Both the position numbers and the translations under genes were made by a program. The notes below the pieces were generated by a model. The model worked only from the letters and a program-made list of their open reading frames with translations. It did no database searches and had not been told where the DNA came from. A stretch of DNA of 63,624 bases, counting the filler, from Sphacelaria rigidula (Eukaryota), in NCBI GenBank assembly GCA_964200075.2. It is 8 parts of 8 records of this genome, joined end to end, with 100 filler letters (N's around TTAATTAATTAA, not from the genome) between each part and the next. Parts side by side here need not be neighbours in the genome. Positions count along the whole stretch, not along the records: positions 31,865 to 39,729 come from CAXNAA020013171.1; positions 39,830 to 47,694 come from CAXNAA020013172.1; positions 47,795 to 55,659 come from CAXNAA020013173.1; 5 more parts are not named here. One strand, 5' to 3'. Below, piece after piece: positions 38,201 to 54,996 of the stretch; positions within the stretch are counted from its first letter, which is position 1; each line of letters opens with the position of its first letter.

Positions 38201-39582
38201 AGCGCCGTGAAACATGTGTTCAGCGAGTCGCATGAAGGTAGAGCTGCATCCCGCTGAGATTGTTCGGTCCGAGGCGTACTGATATTCTTGCATACGGATG
38301 ACTGCCTCCAATGAGTTTCTTCATTCCCTGGGTATCGCCAATTCCAGAGACATCCACGGCTTGAACCCTTTTCATCATTCTAACACTACGTGGTACGATC
38401 ACCCCCTGTGCGCGGACTTCGGGTTTTCCACCCCTCGCAACATGATCTAGCTCGATCACCATCATGGTTACCGCGAAAAAAACGCCAGCGCAAAAAAAAC
38501 GGTAACCTGGTTGCCTAGCGAAGGCAGTGAGTGGCGTGTTTTACAGCATCGTTCCCATCCGATGCCAACTCCATGGGGGAGAGGACGGTGGATAACCACC
38601 ACCAAATCAGATTTCGGGTGAAAACAAGAGAGCAATCTCTACTTTTCATAAAGGGGTAACGAGGGCTGGCGCACGAGCACAGGAAGCAGTATGCAAGCGC
38701 CAGGGTAAGTAGGCAATGTTGCGAATGCCGGTGTACACATCATACGATGACCACATACGGTTACATTCGTACGGCAGAGGAGGAGGGCGCGACAGGAGAG
38801 TGCCTACTACACAAGAGCCACCAATAATGGAGCCACCGGGTTGAGGATGGCAGTGTACAGTAGAATAACAACACATATACGCTACAACATCATGCGCGCA
38901 GCAGGTCCTACATGGTACATGCATGGTGGGGGGGGGGGGGGGGGGTGTTCTTCTGTGTCTTGCTTGTATTGGGGGGGAGTTTTTTGCAGAATCACACTAG
39001 TGGTCTTATGTCTTGTAAAACGANNNNNNNNNNGCGGTTGCGATGGCGGGTGGTGGGGGGGGGGGGGGGGGGGGGCGGGGGTGGGTATACTCGTGATCTT
39101 GCATGTATTAAGGGGGTAGTCTTGGTCAGACATGACCATGTCATCTATGAGCTGTGAACCAAACGAGAGGAGTCGTTCAGGCGTCCTCCGATTTGGTGCC
39201 GGGGACGCTGCTGTCAAAGACCCCGTTCCGTCAGGTGAAATATTTTGCGAGTTTAAAATCATAGTCTAGGGCTGAAGAAATGCTCTTCTGAACTCACCAC
39301 TATCTTCACCTGACTGCCGCATCGTTGACGAAGAGGTGAACTCAATATCTCAGACGATGTTCGGTCGCGAAATGGCGATACTTCACAGCGAAGGTAACAC
39401 ATCAACAACAAAACACACAGAATCGTCAACACCACCGACGGGCAACAACGACCCGCGTGCACCTACGACTTACAGTATGGATATCCATCGTCGATGCTGT
39501 CTCCGTCGGCAATCACCCACGTCTGAGTCGTGCACTCATCATCGTCATCGCCACCCCCGTCATCGTCGCCATCGCCGTCGGT
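35236..39582 (-). CDS. Uncharacterised single-pass (type I-like) membrane protein, 3' part; exons 39582-39474, 38011-37969, 36727-35236
   Basis: Exon phases 0/1, 1/2, 2/stop join to ...ECTTQTWVIADGDSIDDGYPY|YAAFDCADSPADITS|TWMLVSCEDC..., then an S/T stalk, TM helix AIVAIAVGAAILLCIVCGCC, basic stop-transfer RWRSKKNK and a long disordered tail. Canonical GT-AG sites. Confidence 0.85.
37082..37471. mobile_element. Fold-back / MITE-like ~390-bp imperfect palindrome in intron
   Basis: Left arm AGTGCCTTTTTGGAG...TTTTACGCCTGAGAAGAGAGC...GGGGTTTGACACCTTGAAATGAC...CAGGACATCT pairs with right arm AGATGTCCTG...GTCATTCCAAGGTGTCAAACCCC...GCTCTCTTTTCGGGCGTAAAA...AAAAAGCACT. Confidence 0.85.
38076..38544 (-). 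mobile_element. Full-length poly(C)-tailed SINE-like element, copy 1
   Basis: Colinear with 46753-47228 from the common 5' end GTAAAACACGCCACTCACTGC to the 3' ...GGTCAATGGTC...ATGA(A/G)(C/T)ACCCCCC tail. Confidence 0.85.
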
Positions 39583-39889
39583 CTGTAGAACCCGTCGCAA
39601 GCGCTCCCCCATCCCCATCTCCCCATCCCCGACACGCCCCCCTGTTCGAGAGACTGTCTGGTCTCTCTCTTTCCTCGGTGCCCCCAACGACAGACGCCTT
39701 CCACTCTCTACAAATCCACAAAAATACATNNNNNNNNNNNNNNNNNNNNNNNNNNNNNNNNNNNNNNNNNNNNTTAATTAATTAANNNNNNNNNNNNNNN
39801 NNNNNNNNNNNNNNNNNNNNNNNNNNNNNGGGGGGGGGGGGGGGGGGGGGTGGGTGTTGGTTGGTGGGGGGGGGGGTGGGGGGGGGGGT

Positions 39890-39926
<37 letters not shown>

Positions 39927-40210
39927 ATACCTTTAGTATTGGCTTATTTTGTTTCATACGGCTCGGAAAGCAAAAGTATTCTTACATTCTCTTGATTTGC
40001 CAACACATCATGCAAGAGATGAAGGTACCCGGGTATGGCTGGCAAACGAATGTGAGCTACAAAATACGATCGGTATGACTAGAGATGTTGATATCAAAGC
40101 GAGTTTCTTCCTCCATTAGATGTGAAACAAGTTACCTTCAACTTTCCACTTTTTGTGTTTCAAAGTTTCCATTCTACTTTCACGGTAAATAGACAAGGCA
40201 TGGTGCACAC

Positions 40211-43200
40211 CTGAACACGGGAAGTAGATCCGTCAAGTGGACGTGGTATCCCGCCGTGCACGCAGAAGATGTCTCGATCAATCACGGCGGCCAGTGGCAT
40301 GCGATCGAAGACTGCGTTGCAGGACTCCCACACGTCTTCGCCCAGCGAATCTCCGAATCGGTTCTGTGATGAAAATTGGCACAGCCGTGAATACGGTGGA
40401 ATCGACAAAGAACCACAGTGCAAGATAGGGTTACATGGGAAGCCAAACATGTCCACCAGAAGGGCCGAAAGGGATTCCCGACTCGATTCTAGTTGAAGAG
40501 ATGACGACTTAGCTCAGTGGCCACGCTATTTTCAAAATTAGGCAGTGTGGTTGGTGGCGTTGGTTCAAGCCCGTGCGTACAACAGTTCTGACTCCTCTGC
40601 GGTTCAGTGCTGTCTGTCGCGGGTACGTCCATCATGTAGATAATGACCACGGCTGGATCATGATTCCTCGGGGATCAGTGAAAGTGCCACAATCAATCAG
40701 TCAATCGGTCAACCGATCAATCGATCAATCTACGGTAAAGATGCAGAAAACCATGAACGAGTGTCGTAGGCTCGAAAACGAAACAGAATAACAGATCGTT
40801 GCCGCGAAACCTTCCGTGTGATCCTGCTGTACGAGTACTCGGAAGTTCAATAGGTCCCGGTGCAGCAGAGACCCGCGTGCAGTGACCCGCGTTGTTTGAA
40901 AGAGGCTCTCCGCTATTTCCACACGAAGCCCACGCTCCCTTTTCCCCATAACTCAAAGTACGAATACTTTCCGTGCCTATCAAAACAGGCTAGGTCGAGA
41001 CCATTATTTGTTTAATGCCGGGTTATATATATGTATATATAAATATATTGCTTTTTTCGTGTTCGGAAAACAAGCTTCAGAGTATTTATGAATGGCCAGG
41101 ATTTTCTTCATACGACTGACCGCTACCTTGTCGGTACGCCTATTCACTAACTGTGTTGAAGTGGTACAGTTTTCAACCGTGGTATTTATATTCTCCGTCG
41201 TTATCTATATCGAACGATTCCCTGTTTCTTCTTCTGTTGACTCTGATTATTATTATCTCATCGGATGATTGTGTCGATCAGCAAACGAATGGTATATGCG
41301 TCGGTATACGGCACCCACTACGCATATTATCAAGGGCGGCCATTTTTCGCTCTGGAGAGATTTCTTCAGTTGATCGAGTATTGACGTACACTGCAAGAGT
41401 CCTTGTCTTCCCTCTGATATACTGCGTCTTTTTACAATTCTTGGAGAGCCAACTCTGAGTCTACCAATACCAGAAGAAGGCAACATAATATTATCTGATG
41501 ATCATCACTTAGCTGACACGGTTGGTTGTGAAGAGATGCTGCAATTAATTAGAGGGCGAAATCTTCTGTCTGCCCGTCTCTCTGTCTGTCTCTGTCTATC
41601 CCTCTGTCTCGCTGTCGCTGTCTCTGCCTCGCGTGTTCGTCGGCTTGAGGCCATCGTCAACGCGAACAAAATAGCGTCCTTTTTTTTTTATTTTTTCTGC
41701 AGTTTATTTCAAGAGGGCGTATGAGTTGTTTTGACCGCATTGTATCACCGCCGCGCCCGGATGGCCTGCGGGTACATCTGACACCATGAAGCCGGTAGAA
41801 ACGCGACGTCGATTTCCGCCAGAGGCGTATAGTTTGAAGTTTTTGTTAAAAGTATTCTGATTTTCGTCGTTGGAGGCGTGAAGACGCACGTAAGATCTAG
41901 AAAAAAGTATATTCGGCCGAGTTCGTTTGACGGCAGTCAAGGCGCTGCGGTGCGGAAGCGCTACTCCACTCCGCGAGATCGAAATGTACGGTGGAGTCCC
42001 GAGGGGGAGATAGGCCTATCCCCCGAGACCACGAAGTCGTGCCGAAGAAGTTGAAGGGTTCGAAATGTGACAAGGAAAAGGAACAAAAAAAGTGGGATCA
42101 CTTCCATTATTCCCAAGTTTGGAAAGTGGATACTCCCAAAAATCAGAGCTTTTCCGTTTTTTCCATGCCTTTCGAGGCACACGCAGCCAACAATGCACGC
42201 ACCATGAACCAACACTGAAGAACACTCCATTTTTCCTTTTTTTTCCTCTCGCACTTTGAACCCCTCCCCTTCCTCGGGGTGAGTCCGTGGTCTCGAGGGA
42301 TCATCCCATCTCTCCCCAGGTACGCGCCTTACGTTATGGTCTCGCGGATTGGGTCAGCACTCCGGCACCGCGTAAACTCACGTCACACAAATCCAGTCGA
42401 TTGCTTTGTCTACTCACGTTCTCATGCTTTCCACGGTGGAAATTATACATTACGAAGAAAAATCCCAACAAACATCGGGAACCGAACCCTCGCTCTCTCC
42501 ACCCTGATGGCGACAGTCGGACCATTACACCACCGGGTTGCAGCGGCAGTGTGTGGATATGATGTTGGGATTGTAGGGGGCGATCACGATATTGTCGGGC
42601 AATTGCGCTGCTGGCATGACACGGTATGATGAGATGTGGAATGTGAACGTGGGGCGCCAACCATTCAGCGTGAAACTGCCGTTATCTTAAAAATTATCAC
42701 AGTTGGGAAAATGGAAAGGTGCACGATGCGGACAAATCATCGCCGGTTCGAATCACTAAATCTACGATTTTTGAGGCGTAATTGCTCGAAACAGAGAAAA
42801 ACGTCGACTCCTGCTCAAGAAGGTCCCCATGCAACTTTTGCGTCATTCCACGCCCCCGGGCCGCGTGTACCTGGGTTGCAACGCTGAAATCAAAGCCTAA
42901 GGATTGATTCGTCCACTACGAATCATTTACACTAAAACCAGGTAATTACGAGACGAACCATTGATCCGTCCGACCCTTGGAGAGGTGGGTGCAAACTTTC
43001 CGAACGTACACATTCCGATCAGGCGCCGAACCCGGCGCGCTCCGTCCTGGCTTTGCAAGGATGCGAGGGCAATGGTCTCATGACTAGAACATGCAAGATC
43101 ATACGTCCACCCCATCGTTAAGCACACGGGCATCACCTGACATTGCCACAGAAACGATTTTTCCCGGTAGTATTCCACCCAGCCGTTCACGTCTCTGAGC

Positions 43201-46200
43201 TCGTGGTTCCCGCGAAGCATGAACAGCTTGTCCGGGTTCTCGATCTGAGGAGCAAAACAAGCGCTTGTCGTTGTCAGAGAATACTTGGACCGTCCGAATA
43301 CGCCTGCCAACCAACACCTTCAGGACATCAAAGTCTTCTCGACTTTTTGTGAAGCCCGGGCTGCTGGGGTCATCGAGTACATCATCAATATGTGATTCTC
43401 CCGGGGACCCCTAGACCTCTGGATCCCTGGGACAACGGACATTTATTGTAGGTTCAGACGTGCACGCCGTAGCGTCCCGGTGGGCTAAACTAAAATGTTT
43501 CGACTGTCACCGTTAGGGTGGAAAGACCGTGGGTTCGATTCCCGATGCGTCGGGTTTTCCTTCCATATATCATCTGATTTCTACCGTCGAAGGCGTGAGT
43601 AAGTGAGTAAACAAGAAAGGAGTCGACTGAGTTGGTTTTGACGAGTCTCGACGCGGTGCGGGAGTGCTGACCCAACCCGCGAGACCAAAATGTCAGAGTT
43701 GTTGATCAAACCAATGACCACGGAGCTACGAGTACTCGGTCAGCGCTGACTGAGAGAGATGGGTTGATCCCCTGATATTACGAACTCCTCCCGAGGAAGC
43801 GGGGGGGGGTTCAAAATGCAATGAAAAAATGTGCACACGTACTTCATGCACACACGCACATGCGCACACGTACTTACATACATGCCGAGGCGAGTGCACA
43901 CATACGCACATACGCACATACGCACATACGCACATACGCACATACGCACATACGCACATACGCACATACGCGCATACGAACATCGCTCACGCACAAATAC
44001 AATCATGTAAACGTGGACGAATGTGCTTGTGCACACCTTCAGCGAGAATAAGTAAGCGATGCACTCCAACCCCAGCAACCCCCTGTCCACGTAGTCCCCA
44101 AGAAACAGAAATTTCCCCGCCGTCAAGCTCATCCCCAGCTTCCATATGTTGTCGGCGAAAAAGTGTAAGTCCTGAAGACGATAAAAGGAGAGTGCGAATA
44201 ACACGACGCGAGAACATGGTACACATAAGAGGACCGAGCGTCCAAAACACGCGCTAGCCATCAGTAAAATCGATTGAACTACGTACAGCACATTAGATGA
44301 GCCAAGATAATTATGTAAGTAAATGAAACACAGCTTGCAGGTCACTCGGTAATTATGTTACCGCAGTTATATAAAAATGGATTCTGAAAAACGATAAATG
44401 GGCTCTTTTCGAATGGGAATGTCCTTTTTTCATGAGAAATCTACTTCGATGGTATTCGGAATCATTGTAGGAGTCGTTAGTATTGAGTATAACGATGGTG
44501 TTCGAATGGTATCCTTTGAAGGCACCTTTCGACGGTACCGTAGGCCCCCAACACGGTCGTTCTTAACCTTCAGCGCCCTCGTAGGTACCTTTATCGGGTA
44601 TCATCTTCACAAATCCGAACATTGCAAAATTCAACGAAAATGGTATTCCTCTAAGATGCCATCGAGGGCCACCATTTCCCGCAATTCCGAACACCATCGG
44701 AGAAATTTCGTCCTCGTGAAAAACAAATAGTGCCCAATCTTCAAAACCTCTTACGAGCATCAGGATCATTATTAACGGGGCTGTATTTTTTTTGTCAGAC
44801 TTTCCGGACTTTCTCGGTAAAAGACTTCCTCCCCCAAAAAATGTGACAGCAGATTTTTCAACCACGTCAAGGAAATAGAACAATTTAAGACGGACTACAC
44901 ATATGTATATATATATATTATTCGGAAAATCTAGCTCCGAAAATGTTTTTTCAGCCATTTGTTGTGTTTCGGAGGAGTCGGACATTTTCATATAAACGTC
45001 GAACAAGTCTGAATGTGATCTAGGCTTCGCTAGGGGTAAGGCAGTAGAGTTACGGGTCCCGAAGAAGATCGTTGTCGCACCCTGCTGCCAAAGGATCTCC
45101 AGGGCGAGGCGTGATTCTCCCCCTCGTCATGTAGGCAAGGATTTGGCCGTGACCGATGGTAAGCAAGAGGAAGAAGTGAACGAGTCGGTACGGCAGTACC
45201 GACAACGCTTTACCAGGGTTCATGCGGTGGGCCCGTTATTCCGAGCTCTCATACCGGAGACCCCGCTGCCTAGGTTGCCGAAGATTCAGTTTCACAGGCT
45301 TTAACGTTTCGAGTCCCGCTCATGTGTGTCACTGTCGGACCCAGTTCCTGAGATTGTTTCTCCGGCTTACATTTGTATTTTGAAGTCCATTACGCTCATA
45401 CACATGTGGTCTCCACATGCATAGAAGAAGTCACGTTAAACCCTTGTGGGACCGGACTCCCACAAAAGTGTGGTTTGAGCACAGGGGCCTTCATAAGAAT
45501 AGGTATCATTTTTTATTTGGAAACATCTAAAAATGAGGTCGATTCACAGAAAAAAAGCCCTTGCATGCGAACCACATAGAAGTGGAAGTCCGATCCCAAT
45601 AGGGTTAATAACGAACCCTCTAGGTTTACACGGTGCGTAAATGTTGCCCGTGGTTGTATTTCTTGTGTACTTGTCGTTGGTTCCAATCATCTGGCCATTG
45701 AATAGTTCCGTCCTATTGTGGACTCAGCAGGGCGCTGACCGGTAATAATATGTGCTGCATGTTCTTTTTGAAGGTACGAACGTGGCTTCAGACATTTAGA
45801 CTCTCGGTTCTCCCTACGACGTGCGGCAGATGGGGTGAGAGTTTAACGAGGATTGTTGGGAGATGGCCACTCTGCGACAAAAATAGGGGTGCGCAGACGG
45901 TTCCGAAGGCGACGTGCGACTGCGCCCCAGATGTTCAGCCGCTACGATAAGCCCTAAGCAACAAGGCAAAATGTCTTAGCTTCGAATTCTGAGAGTACGG
46001 AAAGAGGTGCAGTTGGCTGGCATTTCCGTCTTGTTTTTCTTACTTTTTTTCCTTCTTGTTTTCAGTTTCCTGTGATTTCTGTGCTTTCTCCCCCATTCCC
46101 CCCCCCATATTTCCCCTTCTTTGACCGTCCTTCGGTCAGTGGCTGTGTTCATTTGATTCGCTTTTAGGTACTACAGTGTGCGTCTGTATTCCTCTACCCA

Positions 46201-46626
46201 ATGACCACGGCTGGACTCGTGGTGCATCAGTTGATGTGAAGCAATAAATCGATCGACCAAACAACCAATCCGACAACAAATGATGGAAGAACGTGAATTG
46301 AGAAAACAAGTTCGATGACAACGATGGCGGACGAGATGGGCGTTGATGACCCGAGCCTCCATGACAGTGTACAAGTTAGGTACCAGGGGAGAAATGATGG
46401 TATGTCTCGTGGAAGAATCTGAAGCGTCTCGGGAAGGAGGGTGAGTCAATGCTAAGTGCCGCAAGAAAAGGCAAAAAAAGGGGGAGGTTTTCGAAAATGC
46501 CGTACCTCGAGGTTACCGTGAATGTCGCCCAGGACATACACTGGAGATTGGAGGAAGACGCAGCGCGGTTCCGCTTCGAAGATGTGCGCAATCCCTCCGC
46601 ATAATCGCATCAAATCCTTCGCGAAC
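40211..46626 (-). CDS. PPP-family (calcineurin-like) Ser/Thr protein phosphatase, internal part; exons 46626-46506, 44171-44037, 43244-43137, 40363-40211
   Basis: Hallmark motifs in order: [25 protein letters not shown]. All exons have AG/GT boundaries and lengths 121, 135, 108, 153 bp that keep frame. Confidence 0.95.
40503..40730 (+). mobile_element. tRNA-derived SINE with (CAAT)n tail
   Basis: A-box-like TAGCTCAGTGG, B-box-like GGTTCAAGCCC, and 3' CCACGGCTGGA...CAATCAATC shared with 2082-2142 and 46201-46260. Confidence 0.65.
42000..42322. mobile_element. MITE-like element with ~70-bp imperfect TIRs; the same TIR sequence occurs at ~27930-27978, 43750-43820, 60325-60398, 63490-63545
   Basis: GGGGAGATAGG...GAGACCACGAAGTCG...GGGTTCGAAATGTGA is inverted relative to TCGCACTTTGAACCC...GAGTCCGTGGTCTC...CCCATCTCTCCCC. 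Confidence 0.6.
42336..42542 (-). mobile_element. tRNA-derived SINE (second family), copy 1
   Basis: Reverse complement aligns with 43477-43690. B-box-like GGTTCGGTTCCC. Confidence 0.7.
43477..43690 (+). mobile_element. tRNA-derived SINE (second family), copy 2
   Basis: B box GGTTCGATTCCC. 3' end GGAGTGCTGACCCAACCCGCGAGACCA shared with copy 1. Confidence 0.7.
43898..43978. repeat. (ACATACGC)n 8-bp microsatellite
   Basis: Seen directly. Confidence 0.95.
45436..45608. mobile_element. piggyBac-type MITE
   Basis: TTAA(A)CCCTTGTGGGACCGGACTCCCAC ... GTGGAAGTCCGATCCCAATAGGG-TTAA: CCC/GGG termini, imperfect TIRs and TTAA on both sides. Confidence 0.7.
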
Positions 46627-46752
46627 CTGTGAGGGCGTGCACGTGTGTGCGCGCGCGCGTGTGTGTAGGGGGGGGGGGCGTACTCATTCGTTGCTTGCCC
46701 TAGTCGTTTGACCGTTGACCACGCATCCCTTTCGAGACGGAGCATGTGTGCA

Positions 46753-47228
46753 GGGGGGGGGGCGGGGGTGTACTCATGATCTTGCATGTCTTAGTCATAT
46801 TACCCTTGAGCTGGCAGAGACGGAGCACGCCGGGTTTTCGCCGGACCAGGCCCGCAATCGATCATTGAGCGTGAAACATCGTTATCGTTCAGCGGGTCGC
46901 ATGAAGGGAGTGAGCTGCACCCTACTAAGATTGTTCGGCGCGAAGGGTATTGACTATCTTCCAATTTGATGACAGCCTCCGATGAGTTGATTAATTTTCT
47001 GGTATTGCCACTTCCACAGACAGCCACGGTTTACACACTGCCTCATCGGTGTCTCACCATTTAAACACCACGCAGTATGACCACCCCCTTTGCGCGGAGT
47101 TGAGTTTCTCCCACCCCGCACAATATGATCAAGTTCGTCCATCATCATGGTCACCGCAAAAAAAAGCAAGCGCAGATAAAAACCTGTGACCTGGTTGCCT
47201 AGCTTACGCAGTGAGTGGCGTGTTTTAC
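46753..47228 (-). mobile_element. Full-length poly(C)-tailed SINE-like element, copy 2. Partial copies at ~27972-28080, 31720-31764, 31985-32046 (+), 33655-33762, 47630-47694, 55590-55659 (+), 63551-63624
   Basis: Shared sequence Gn-TGTACTCATGATCATGCATGCCATAGTCATxxGACCATTGACCTCGCATCCCTACAAAGCC in six contigs counting the internal fragment. Four contigs end inside it, indicating high copy number. Confidence 0.85.
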
Positions 47229-49914
47229 TCTGTGATTGCCAACCGAAGCTAGCCCCATAGGCGACAGGGGGGCGTGTGCGCGCGTGTGCGCGTGCATGTG
47301 TGTGTTTGTATGTATGTGTGTGTATCTCGTGGGCGGTTAGTAGGCCGTCCGGAAGAGAGAACTCGAGTGATTGTGCGGTTTGTTTGTCGTGACAACAACA
47401 TGACTGGTGAGGCCAGGACAGCGAAACCGAAGCGGGACACAATCAACAACAGTAGACATGCCCGCGTCAGTTTTCGGTTGGTTTTGTGGACATATCGTAC
47501 CGCATCGTATCAGCAATTTTGGTAGTGAATTCCAGTGAATGGCGCTGTTTTCTCCGTATGTGTAACCCTTTCATGGAAAATAGTCCGGTAGCACAGAGTG
47601 TATCACTGCATGAGCCATGCTACGATAGGAGGGTGTACTCATGATCATGCATGCCATAGTCATCAGACCATTGACCTCGCATCCCTACAAAGCCNNNNNN
47701 NNNNNNNNNNNNNNNNNNNNNNNNNNNNNNNNNNNNNNTTAATTAATTAANNNNNNNNNNNNNNNNNNNNNNNNNNNNNNNNNNNNNNNNNNNNAATTTT
47801 TCAAAAATTGTCATGTTTTTTTTTTTGTGATTTTTTCGTGATTTTTTGTCGAAATTGTTGTAATAAATTGATCAACACTGACAAAAACCGAAAAGTCTGG
47901 GGTGCTTTGCGAGGTTCGTATAATTGCTTCTGCTCCTTGCACACCCTGTCCCGATGACCTCGAATGCCGGCAACGCTCACACACATCCATGAACAAAACA
48001 CGAGCGCACGATAGCGACAGCCCGTAGCCAAAGTAGCAACATTATCTCACGCCTCGCCAAATTTGCCCGGACCACTGGTGGTAGGTAGTCGAGGCACACG
48101 ACATGGAACATGATCCCATAAATGTAATCGTGGTAGGTGATGAGCTTGGAGGGGCGGTGTGTCCGTCATCTCAGCGGTCTCCATGCCAAGGATCTCTGTA
48201 CACGGAGGCTGATCGCAGCCACCAACGCCCCGGCAATAAACTAGGGGACAGCAGGCTGGGTGTCCCCCACCACACCGTCAAAAACTCTGATTTTCGATTT
48301 TGGGGCCGACGTGTCCCTTAATATGTTTTCGACACACCCTTGGGAAAACACTAAGATTTTTAACAATGTCCTAAGATTGGACATTGATACGCACTTGAAG
48401 TACAGCGTCATCGTCATTCCTTGTTTTCTCCGCTATTTTGCTTCGTTCCGCAGTTCTATTTCATTTCGCGTTTTTTGGTAGTACCGTGGATATTAGATAT
48501 CCGGGAAAAAAACGATAATTTCGATGAGGAACACAAGCGAAACAAGTACCTCATCTTTGTAGTTGCTTCGCCAATTCACGCGGACGTCGTCGCTGACTCG
48601 CAACACCAAGTGTCAGCACCTCACTCACTCGCCTACAAAATCTAAAAATAGTACGAGTGTTTGGACCAACCCATAACGTCCCTCACGTCATTCCTGCTTC
48701 CGTGTCGATCTCATGCCGTATCACATACACGACGAAATTACTCTCTCGAACTTTAACTTCCTCTCCTCGCACGCTGACTGGTAACACTCTCTCGTGCGAA
48801 GTAAAGAAGAGACCAACACGCACAATCCTCGTACTGCGTCTCGCCCCTCCCACCCACCCACCTAGAAGATAAAAAAAGACAAACACAGGCCCGCACGTGG
48901 CGCATGACAAGACCGTCCAATACGTTGGAACAAAATACCGAGGCGGTAAATGATTTATTTGAAACGTCAAAATCTCTGTGTGCAACTCATGATGTTTTTC
49001 CCGCTGTAGTAATCGTGCTGGAGTACAGGTGACGCAGGCGTTTTATTGACAAGGGGAATGGGGTTAAACCGTAACCTGGTTCCGAGTATCTACTGCACGA
49101 ACCTCTGATCCACCGTCGACACCCCTCTGCGCCAAGGAGCCCGAGGCAGACACATCTATCCTATGATACAAAATCATTTGTGGGAAGCTCACACACAAGT
49201 AGCACATCAAGCACCATAGCCCAACCACATTAAAGGTGTTCACGTACTCTCCGTACTTGTGTGTGTTGTGTGTTGTGTTACTCTCCGTACTTACAGCACG
49301 AAATCAGGAGACATGGTTTCCTACACATCCAATCCATGCACGAAAAACGCCGGGTGCCTTCCATGCCTCGCTCTGAGTACCCGCGCAATCAAATTTTCAA
49401 ACAAAGACATTATATCGCAGATTGCCACAGCCACGACACCGAAAGCTGTGTGCTTGGAGCAAGATATCGTAGACAACGATTTGCAACAACGGAATATCTT
49501 GGGAGTTATACAGCGCCTTGCTTCTCGAGAAAGCTTCATGTCGAACGTCGTATGACGGGGGGAGGTCGGTCAGAGCGGACAGAAAATCCTTGATGCCCTC
49601 GATCGATCCGAGCAGACGGATCTGTGCGCGATATTCGCACGTGTCAGCGGCGCCCTTCATTCGTGCGGCATGTGTAGGTACTGTCCGGCTACACTTGGGG
49701 TACTTGCGTGTGTCGAGGTAACAAATCTCCGCCCCAAACATACACACACCCATGCAAGAGGGCATGCTCTTGTGCTACGAACGCCACAGCGGTAACATTA
49801 CGCGCCCCCCCCCGCGCGCTGAAAATCCGCCTGGATCACAACAAAACCCGCGCAAAAATTAATCGTCCACGGTCCATGAGAGCAGGGGCTTTGATCGAAT
49901 CTCATCAGCCCTCA

Positions 49915-54996
<5,082 letters not shown>

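Noticed and set aside
39830..39925. Long poly-G tract as a G-quadruplex element
   Set aside because: It lies at a contig end and may be a retroelement tail or a sequencing artefact; its length is unreliable.
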